Assembly (NCBI GenBank): GCA_964016885.1
Contig: OZ024744.1
Location: forward strand, 28,892,001-28,956,000
DNA length: 64,000 bases
Direction of reading: 5' to 3'
Origin: Eledone cirrhosa
Lineage: Eukaryota
The notes below the pieces were generated by a model that did no database searches, was not told where the DNA came from, and saw only the letters and a program-made list of their open reading frames with translations. How positions within the stretch are numbered: position 1 is the stretch's first letter; every line of letters begins with the position of its first letter. Both the position numbers and the translations under genes were made by a program. Of the stretch, positions 1 to 8,759 are shown piece after piece.

Positions 1-218
1 GTCTGCAGTTCTGTTTACATGCCAACACTGACATGTCTTTCAAATTGAGGCTTGTTTTCATAATTGCAAATGAATCGAATATTATTATTAATATTCGAAA
101 AACTCAGATTACATTTATTATATATATATATTTTTTGTCGATCGACTTTCGTCAAATTGGACCGAGGAAACATTGTTTCCGTTGGTCTTTCTAATTGCTA
201 ATACTATCACAACTCCAG

Positions 219-345
219 GTAGCTGGAGCAACGTGAAATAATGCGTCTTGCTCAGGGACATAAGACATCGCCCGTTCCAGGAATCGAACTGACAACCTCA
301 CGATTGTGAATCCCGTTCTCCAACCAATCAACCACACGCCTTCAC
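219..345 (-). mobile_element. 5' fragment of a tRNA-derived SINE
   Basis: Minus strand reads GTGAAGGCGTG-TGGTTGATTGG (A-box-like)...CAGTTCGATTCCTGG (B-box; + strand ggaatcgaac at 280-289), followed by a CCCTGAGCAAGACGCATTATTTCACGTTGCTCCAG body typical of invertebrate SINEs. There is no complete cloverleaf. Confidence 0.65.
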
Positions 346-367
346 TTATATATACATACATTCATAT

Positions 368-438
<71 letters not shown>
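346..438. repeat. (TA)n microsatellite (with TACA variants)
   Basis: Directly visible; abuts the left end of PLE module A. Confidence 0.95.
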
Positions 439-442
<4 letters not shown>

Positions 443-1311
443 ATTAAATAAATGGAAACTATATTTATAAAACCATATTTATTTCATTATATATATTTCA
501 GGGATATCATATTAACAATATGTTATGCCTTCTTCAGACAAAATACAATATAAACAGTCTTATAAATAAATAGATACGACATACCTTTCAATCGACTTGC
601 ATTTGGGAAGTTGATTTGGCAGTAAAAATATTATGGACAGTTGTAAAAAGAAAGAGAGAAAGAAAGAAAGAAAAACGAAAAAAAAGAAGAAATGCATGTG
701 ACTAAATAGAGAGATATAGAAAGATAGATAAAGAGAAGAACTTCATGTAAAGAAACAGAGAGAGATATATAGAGAGAGGAAAAAAAAAAGAAAGAGATAG
801 ATAGAGATAGATAGAGAAACTAGGTAGTTGAGCATCAGTTGATACATTTATTTATTTATTTATTTATTTATTTAGCTCTAGTAGTAATGTAAAGAAAGAT
901 GTATGTAGTTAAGAGAGAAAATAGCCGTTATATAGAGAGAAAAAAGAGAAAATGAAAAAGAGAAAATGAAAAATAACCAGACATAAGCGAGGCAGAATTT
1001 AAAAAACGCTATGTTTCATCATTTATAAAATATTAGTTCGTATAAAACAGGCATTATAATGTAAATATCAGTATTCATGAATGAGACATGTATCTATAAT
1101 GTGTGAAAAGTAATGATCTTATGTCTAGTTTTTAAAAATTCATATGTTTATATCATAACTATAAACAAACTCCCATTTCACACGAAAACATTCTCATTGT
1201 GCTATAAAAATTCAAGTATACATATATGTGTGTATATATACACATATATATAGAGTCTATATTAATTATAACAATACTATTCTTGTCTTTACTCTACATG
1301 ATTATCGATCA
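438..1311 (-). repeat. Left arm of ~870-bp inverted repeat (inverted pLTR)
   Basis: Reverse complement of 2678-3550, e.g. actctacatgattatcgatca (1291-1311) vs tgatcgataatcatgtagagt (2678-2698). Only a few differences, including a 5-bp caagt indel near 1213. Confidence 0.95.
474..552 (-). ncRNA. Type I hammerhead ribozyme motif (inverted copy of 3436-3514)
   Basis: + strand tcttcag at 531-537 is CTGAAGA on the minus strand. Same core and stem II/III as the 3436-3514 copy. Confidence 0.75.
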
Positions 1312-2152
1312 TTATTACAATGAAGCGTTAGCTAGAGCAGGATATAGTGATAAAATTATGTACATAGATAATGATAAACAAATTAAACAAAATAACAACT
1401 ATTTTAATTACGGCCACAACCTTAACAACTATAATAGAAAGCATTACAATAATTCCAAAAACCATAAAAGAAATAGAACTAGGAATATAATATGGTTTGC
1501 CCCCCCTTTCTCACTAAACATTAAAACCCACATCGCTAAACTATTTTTTAAAGCTCTTGATAATCGCTTCCCTAGAACACATAGGTATCACTCAATTTTC
1601 AATAGACATACTATAAAATTAACCTACTCATCCACCAAAAATTTAGCACAAAATATTAATAGAATAAATAATAGGAACTTAAAACCTAGCGATAATAGCA
1701 TAAATAATATACAAGTTAACAAATGTAACTGTAGAGATAGATCTAAATGTCCGTTAAATAACAACTGCTTAGTTAAAAATATAATATACAACTGTAATGT
1801 TAAAACGGACGTTAATTCTTTTAACTACGTTGGTTCCACATCGACGGAATTTAAACTTCGCTATAACAACCACAAGAATTCTTTCACAGATCCATCCAAA
1901 AAATCTTCAACAGCACTATCAGGCGTACTCTGGCAACTTAGGCATGATAACGTTAGATAATCGACGACTTGGAATATAGTTTCAAGAGGGATTCCTTTTA
2001 ATTCATCCTCTGAGACATGTGACCTCTGTGCGGAGGAGATATTCTTTATACTAAAATCTAAAAATTCCCTTAATCTACGGACAAATTTATTCAGTTGCTG
2101 CAGACATAGATTGAACTCAACGTTTAAATATAAATTTAAATTTAAAATGTAG
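1311..2152 (+). pseudogene. PLE polyprotein C-terminal part (RT thumb/linker, Cys cluster, GIY-YIG endonuclease), 5'-truncated, with premature stop
   Basis: Motifs YYNEALARAGY, RNIIWFAPPFS, IFNRHTIKLTYS, CNCRDRSKCPLNNNC, NIIYNC...YVGSTSTEFKLRYNNHKNSF. After TAA at 1958-1960 the same frame continues STTWNIV...CDLCAEE...LNLRTNLFSCCRH to TAG at 2150-2152. The N-terminus of the ORF-track protein (1226-1310) is inverted pLTR, not coding. Confidence 0.9.
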
Positions 2153-2677
2153 TATGTTTGATTTGATTTGTAATTATTTATGAAACTAGCCGATAAATCT
2201 TTCGATTTCTTCTTTTTATTAAAACATTCTTCATGAATAATTAAACTACCCTAAAAGCTGATGCTCCAAATATATCGAATTAAATTTTACACTAGATAAA
2301 CTTCTATATTAAATATAAGAACATATGTAGACCAAATGGGTATCCTAAACTTTTGGAATGATTTCTGCTAGACAGGATTTGGTTAATAATTTTTGTTTTA
2401 TCTGTTTTGACTCTGATGCTTATGATGAACTTGGCAATATATTGTCAATTAACTTTGAAAGGCTGATCTTTGTGGTCGATTTGCGTGGCATACTATGTTT
2501 TATTTTTATTTTTTATTATTTTTTAATATTTTTTAATATTTTTTAATATTTTTTAATATTTTTTAATATTTTGTAATATTTTTATTTTTAATATTAAATG
2601 TTTTAGTTTTCTGTTTATTTATTTTCTTGTTTCTGATATTTTTATTAATATATTGAAATCTGTTCTCTATTTCTGCT

Positions 2678-3550
2678 TGATCGATAATCATGTAGAGTAA
2701 AGACAAGAATAGTATTGTTATAATTAATATAGACTCTATATATATGTGTATATATACACACATATATGTATAATTTTTATAGCACAATGAGAATGTTTTC
2801 GTGTGAAATGGGAGTTTGTTTATAGTTATGATATAAACATATGAATTTTTAAAAACTAGACATAAGATCATTACTTTTCACACATTATAGATACATGTCT
2901 CATTCATGAATACTGATATTTACATTATAATGCCTGTTTTATACGAACTAATATTTTATAAATGATGAAACATAGCGTTTTTTAAATTCTGCCTCGCTTA
3001 TGTCTGGTTATTTTTCATTTTCTCTTTTTCATTTTCTCTTTTTTCTCTCTATATAACGGCTATTTTCTCTCTTAACTACATACATCTTTCTTTACATTAC
3101 TACTAGAGCTAAATAAATAAATAAATAAATAAATAAATGTATCAACTGATGCTCAACTACCTAGTTTCTCTATCTATCTCTATCTATCTCTTTCTTTTTT
3201 TTTTCCTCTCTCTATATATCTCTCTCTGTTTCTTTACATGAAGTTCTTCTCTTTATCTATCTTTCTATATCTCTCTATTTAGTCACATGCATTTCTTCTT
3301 TTTCTTCGTTTTTCTTTCTTTCTTTCTTTCTCTCTTTCTTTTTACAACTGTCCATAATATTTTTACTGCCAAATCAACTTCCCAAATGCAAATCGATTGA
3401 AAGGTATGTCGTATCTATTTATTTATAAGACTGTTTATATTGTATTTTGTCTGAAGAAGGCATAACATATTGTTAATATGATATCCCTGAAATATATATA
3501 ATGAAATAAATATGATTTTATAAATATAGTTTCCATTTATTTAATATCAT
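2678..3550 (+). repeat. Right arm of ~870-bp inverted repeat (3' pLTR of module A)
   Basis: Reverse complement of 438-1311; contains (TAAA)n, CT-rich tracts and the hammerhead. Confidence 0.95.
3436..3514 (+). ncRNA. Type I hammerhead ribozyme, minimal palindromic stem III
   Basis: tattttgt-CTGAAGA(3451-3457)-stem II aggcataacatatt/gtt/aatatgatatccct (2 mismatches)-GAAA(3489-3492)-palindromic ATATATAT-AUA cleavage triplet-atgaaata pairing back to stem I. Confidence 0.8.
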
Positions 3551-3636
3551 AAATATACTCCAAATACTTGTTGAGTGCTTTTATATCAGTTATAAATATT
3601 TACTCGTTGTTAACCCAACAATTTAAATATAACTTT

Positions 3637-3637
<1 letters not shown>

Positions 3638-3673
<36 letters not shown>

Positions 3674-3711
3674 TGTATGTATGTATATATGAATGAATAT
3701 ATATATATATA
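3638..3711. repeat. (TA)n microsatellite, interrupted
   Basis: Directly visible; separates modules A and B. Confidence 0.9.
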
Positions 3712-3904
3712 TGTAAAGAGGTTAATATCCCCATAGGTACTATGTACCCATGGTAATACATAGGGTGTCTATGATACAGTGGTTGTTCTATGGTATTAAT
3801 TTGACATACCAGAACTATAAAATTGAAATAAGCGGAGCAAGTAAGATTCAAATATTTTTTTTTAATAATTAAAAAATATAATTTAAATATTTACCTAATC
3901 CATT

Positions 3905-3986
3905 TGCTTTTACCGACAGTTTCACCTTACAAAAGATTGGAGATCCTAGGGATCTCCAATGAAAATACTCGGATCATCAGAGAACA
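3905..3986 (-). ncRNA. Type I hammerhead ribozyme
   Basis: Minus strand: tgttct-CTGATGA(3980-3974)-t-cc...attggagatcc/cta/ggatctccaat...gg-t-GAAA(3923-3920)-ctg t cgg-GUA cleavage triplet (3913-3911)-aaagca. Catalytic core intact. Confidence 0.8.
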
Positions 3987-4356
3987 TTTTCCTTTCCTAG
4001 GACAGAAGTCCCAAGAACAGCAAAATATATTGCCACCTGCCAGCTAGCACAGGATCGAATGGGGCTGTAAACTTGACTTAGGCATGAACCAGCCCTTAGT
4101 AGAAGCAGGTAGTAAACATAGACGTGTTGTCTATCACGCCACTAAAAATAGCAGCTAAATAAAACAACAGATTTGTTCTCTACATAACGGAGAATATTAA
4201 AAGAGGTTAATATCCCCACAGGTACTAAGTACCCATGGAAATATATAGGGTGTCTATGATACAGTGGTTGTTCTATGGTATTAATTTGACATACCAGAAC
4301 TATAACATTGAGATAAGCGCACCATAGTACTCTTACGTAGGGTAGTAGGTAGTAGA

Positions 4357-4453
4357 GTTTAACCCCGACGGCAGAGCTCAAGTCGTTTCGACGGCTATTT
4401 CTGGACTAGAAATAGCCGTCGAAACGGTTTGAGCTCTGCCGTCGGGGTTAAAC
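4357..4453. repeat. 97-nt foldback (47-bp arms, 3-nt loop)
   Basis: gtttaaccccgacggcagagctcaagtcgtttcgacggctatttctg-gac-tagaaatagccgtcgaaacggtttgagctctgccgtcggggttaaac. Confidence 0.95.
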
Positions 4454-4480
4454 AGTTTCATATATATATATATATATATA

Positions 4481-5050
4481 AAAGGATTGGTGCTCTGAAA
4501 TAGCGATGTATACATGAATGTATGTATAGAATATTTGGCAATATACCGTATGTTTAATTAAAAAACATTTTGAAGACCTTACGCTATCGGTTTTAAAGTA
4601 GTGACCATGTCATTACTTCTTTTCGGCGTTTTTAATTAAACATACGGTATATTAAACATGCGGTATATTAAACACACGGTATATTTTTAATTAAACATAC
4701 GGTATATTGCCAAATATACTATATATAGATTCATGTATACATCACTATTTCAGAACACCAATCGTAATACCTAATTTTTACTGGACCGGCAAGCGCTCTG
4801 CATGATCAGCTCCTGTTTATTACTCGAATCCTATAAGAATCCAGCTTTTATAATTTTCGGCGAAGGCAGGGAGTGCGTGTCTCTGATGATCGCCAAACAG
4901 CGTGAAACAGACTGTTAGCTTCTATCCCTTCTTTCGCCGAAAAGAAATACGTGACATATCACTACTTTAAAACCGATAGCGTATAGTCTTAAACATGTTT
5001 TTAATTAAACATTCGGTATATTGCCGAATATTCTATACATACATTCATAT
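4481..5050 (+). mobile_element. Module C: ORF-less hammerhead-bearing element (solo pLTR / retrozyme-like), ~313-bp unit with 5' inverted segment
   Basis: 4485-4628 is an inverted copy of sequence found at 4935-5050 and 4684-4763. The direct repeat tttttaattaaacat.cggtatattgcc at ~4684 and ~4998 brackets a hammerhead. Bounded by (TA)n. Confidence 0.65.
4854..4943 (+). ncRNA. Type I hammerhead ribozyme with extended stem I
   Basis: ttttcggcgaa(4854-4864)...ct-CTGATGA(4883-4889)-t-cgc caaaca gcg-t-GAAA(4904-4907)-cag a ctg-GUU triplet (4914-4916)-ag...tccct...ttcgccgaaaa(4933-4943). Confidence 0.8.
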
Positions 5051-5056
5051 ATATAT

Positions 5057-5323
5057 ATAGTAATAATAATAAATTTGCAGACTAAAATCCAAAGAGGGCT
5101 CGATAAGGATAAATATATATCAAATATATAAGAATCCTAGAGCAAATATTTATTAAAATAATAGATTAAAGTTTAAGCAAAGAATCGCTGCTTTCACCCT
5201 TAACGGGATCTTCTGAAACTAAAAAGATCAATATTTTCTCTAGGGTTCTTATATATTTGATATATATTTATCCTCATCGAGCCCTCTTTGGGTTTTAGTC
5301 TTCAAATTTATTTTTATTACTAT
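5057..5323. repeat. Inverted repeat (~93-bp arms, 5057-5149 / 5230-5323) upstream of PLE ORF
   Basis: tagtaat...ccaaagagggctcgataaggataaatatatatcaaatatataagaatcctagag is the reverse complement of ctctagggttcttatatatttgatatatatttatcctcatcgagccctctttgg...attacta. Confidence 0.9.
5169..5221 (-). ncRNA. Degenerate type I hammerhead ribozyme in inverted pLTR
   Basis: Minus strand: agttt-CAGAAGA (one change from CTGAAGA)-t-ccc gttaa ggg-t-GAAA-gca gcgattctt tgc-TT-aaact. All three stems pair, but core U4 is A, so it is probably impaired. Confidence 0.65.
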
Positions 5324-5364
5324 TTGGCTCCCTCGGTTGAACACTTTATTGACTTATATTCATC

Positions 5365-7463
5365 ATGCAGAAACATCTGAATATCTCTACAAAGAACATA
5401 CTCGTACGCAGGAAGACATACCTAAAACTTCTGAATCAGAATACGGATTCGTTCATCAAAAGGTTGCGTTGGCGTGCCTTTCATTTCGATAATCAAGAAA
5501 AAGCGGATAAAAAACAGGATAAATTTGGTTTTAAAACCCTTCGAGTAATCCAGCATTGCTACCCTTCGAAAACGATGTCTTGGAACTCATACGGAGTATC
5601 AAATTTCGGAATAGGAGCAATTTCTTTTCAGCAGGACCTGAAGAATAGAATTCGTTCTATTAAGGATTCTAATGCCGTGCACGTCCACTCCGACAAAACT
5701 GGCAATCTATATCAAGTGGAGCGCAGTACTTACCATCAACTGCTACACAATGCTATAACTAAGGATTACCGGAAAACTAATCGGAGTGTCATTAATGACA
5801 TCAACGATGCTGGGTTTAAAATCACCTCTGAACTCAACATCCAGGACCGGACTGAACCTCTGGACCCTATTTCTCCCGACTTTACCCTGAAGGATAACAA
5901 ACCCCATTTCGCCAACAACCCCTCTATTCGGCTTATTAACTCTACGAAGTCCGATTTAGGTAGACTTAGTAAAAGGATTTTAGATAGAATTATACCTGAA
6001 ATTAGAAGATTGGTCCCTCTTGCACTGTGGAACAATTCTTTCGCGGTGATTGATTGGTTCAATGGCATATGCAACAAGAACATTGCCGTTTTATCCAATT
6101 CCACATCAATAATTACTAATCCTCCATCACTTTACCACTTTATCTTAGAGCTATCAATTTCGCTAAAACGCTCACGGTGCTTAAGGATTTCGAAGTTGAT
6201 GTCATCCTCAATGTCCGTAAGTCTGTGATTAATTTCGACGACTCTATTTGCATTAAAAAATCTAATAATACCCATTCGACGTGAGTATGGGCGCCAACGA
6301 TTCGGCGGAGGTTACTGATCTTATCGGCCTTTTCCTTCTTTTCTCTATCAATGTGGGCGGTGGTTTGTACCGTGATGACGGTCTTTTAACCATGACAAAG
6401 TGCGGTCCAAACGCTTGCGACAGGTTCAGAAAAGAATTCACAGCCCTCTTTAAAGGCTTCAACCTCTCCATACAGGTTGAGGCCAACCTCTCGGTCGTTC
6501 ATAACCTCGACATTACTCTCAATGTTTTCGAATGGCTTGCACTACACGTATAGAAAGCCGAATGATACGCTTAATTACATAATTAAGCATTCTAACCATC
6601 CTGCCAGCATAACCAAGAACCTGGTAAGAAACATTTCTTTGGGGCTTTCTCGTCTATCTACAAACGAGAATATTTTCACCAACCATTCCACCTCGTATTA
6701 CAATGAAGCTCTTGCTCGGGGTGGATTTGTCGATAAGCTAGCATATACTAAGTATGAGCATAGACCAAGAAAAAATAGATCCCGACGCATTATATGGTAT
6801 AACCCACCATATAACATGGAGGTGGCTACACCATTAGCTAAGATCGTTCTCTCCCTTATTAAGAAGCATTTCCCCTCAGCACATAAATATAACATCTTTA
6901 ATAGAAATACCATTAAAATATCTTACTCTACGACTCCTAACCTTGCACATAACATCACTGCTTCAAATTTAGCTAAATTACCTAGCCGTAGGAACACGTG
7001 CAACCCTGTGGCTAGTACTAACTGTAATTGTAGGAATCTGGTTGACTGCCCTCTATCCGGGAAATGCCTGACCACTAACATTGTCTACAAATGTAGGTTC
7101 GAAACACCCACGTCCTGTAGGGCCTACATAGGGTTAACCACCAATAGATTCAAGCAGCGTCTTTACATGCACACCCATTCTTTTATTAACCCTTTAAGAA
7201 GGAATATGACGTCACTTTCAGCTTATATCTGGAGTCTAAAAGACAACCACATCCAATATAGGTTACACTGGGAGATCCTAGCTAGGGCTAGATCGTATAA
7301 CGGAAATAAAGGACCATGTGATCTTTGCGATGCTGAAGCCCTGAAAATACTCTACGCCAATGACTACATCTTAAACAAAAAATCTGAGGCAATTTCTGCT
7401 TGTAAACATAAATTACATAACACTTTCCTGAATTACAGCCCCACATTATACCCTAACGGATAG
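5365..7463 (+). pseudogene. PLE reverse transcriptase + C-terminal GIY-YIG endonuclease, multiply frameshifted
   Basis: N-terminal SFIKRLRWRAFHF, SDKTGNLY, FTLKDNK, RLINSTKSDLG. Motif A is degenerate (FHINNY*SSI, alternate frame ~6098-6130). FDVSMGANDSAEV and GLYRDDGL (YRDD at 6368-6379). Then SNHPASI, IIWYNPPY, CNCRNLVDCPLSGKC, IVYKC...YIGLTTNRFKQR, CDLC, CKH. Split across ORFs 5365-6228, 6281-6553 and 6477-7463. Confidence 0.92.
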
Positions 7464-7775
7464 TACGAACAATACGCGGATAATTTAAGTCTTGATTTGG
7501 TAGCTAAGTATATTTTATGTTTATACCATTACTTATGTGTATAGGAAAGTATAACTTACCCGTATGTTTTGTGAAGGTACGTATACTTTCTCGTACGTAT
7601 ATTTGCGTGTATTTGTTATAGGTGTATATATTATATTATATATATATACTGGTACATGTGTTATGGTTATGTGTTTATGCGTATTTTGTATTTGTGTGTG
7701 TATGCGTGTTTGCACGTATGTAAGGTGTGTGTATATGTGTACTTTGTGTTTGGTTGACGTACGTTTAGTGAACAT

Positions 7776-7985
<210 letters not shown>

Positions 7986-8391
7986 CAATTTCTAGTTGCT
8001 ATATAAATATATCTGTAATTTTAACCGTTGGTCAATCAATGATAAACATTGATTGCTAAATAAATTAACTATGGGGATGTAAAAGATACAGAAGCGAAAG
8101 CCAACCAAACAATGAGTGTGGTCTGTTATTATTTCTGGCAATATTACAAAAATATGACCCGCTATATATGTCGATATATATACAGAGATGCAAAAAATCC
8201 CCAAACACGGTGCCAATTGTTTCGGCTGGTGACGCGGTCGTGGTTTTATCTATCTCTATACCCACTTTGCATCTATCAAAGCATTCAGTACTCCCAAGAT
8301 TAGAGGGCTCAGCGGTCTCACCACCGAACACACTTCGGATGTATAAATATAAATATATTTTTCCCAACACACACAGATATAAAAATACATC

Positions 8392-8550
<159 letters not shown>

Positions 8551-8759
8551 ACAAGCAAAAATACAAAAAAACTCGCATACACAAAGACATAGAGATACCG
8601 ACCAGAACATACCAGAGCAAAGCATTTGATTGCCAAGTTACAAATAGGAAAACAATCTTCACATGAGAAGGTGAATGTTATAGATATTTAAAGAAACAAA
8701 TGTTCAATAATATAAAATGTTAACAAAACACAGGCTAGATCAATGTCAGATACACGACA

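Larger units (their letters stand above)
438..3637 (+). mobile_element. Module A: 5'-truncated Penelope-like retroelement with inverted pseudo-LTR
   Basis: Inverted pLTR copy (438-1311), truncated ORF 3' half (1311-2152), long 3' region, pLTR with hammerhead (2678-3550) and ~87-nt unique tail (3551-3637). Flanked on both sides by (TA)n. This is the established PLE architecture. Confidence 0.85.
3713..4459 (-). mobile_element. Module B: ORF-less hammerhead-bearing element (solo pLTR / retrozyme-like), ~485-bp unit
   Basis: ~120-bp direct repeat (3714-3833 and 4199-4319, aaagaggttaatatcccca...taagcg) brackets a hammerhead. A foldback sits at the right end. Bounded by (TA)n on both sides. Confidence 0.65.

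Noticed and set aside
270-345. tRNA gene
   Set aside because: A/B boxes are present, but acceptor-stem pairing is poor and the sequence runs into a SINE-like body.
1226-1310. Hydrophobic N-terminus (signal/TM-like) on the GIY-YIG ORF, and ORF 2563-2871(-)
   Set aside because: Chance in-frame read of the inverted pLTR; the same peptide appears in the other arm.
2257-2430. ctgatgc motifs as hammerhead cores
   Set aside because: They do not match CUGANGA and have no downstream stem II-GAAA.
8015-8070. Hairpin caatcaatg-ataaa-cattgattg as a hammerhead stem II
   Set aside because: The flanking CUGANGA and GAAA core motifs are absent.
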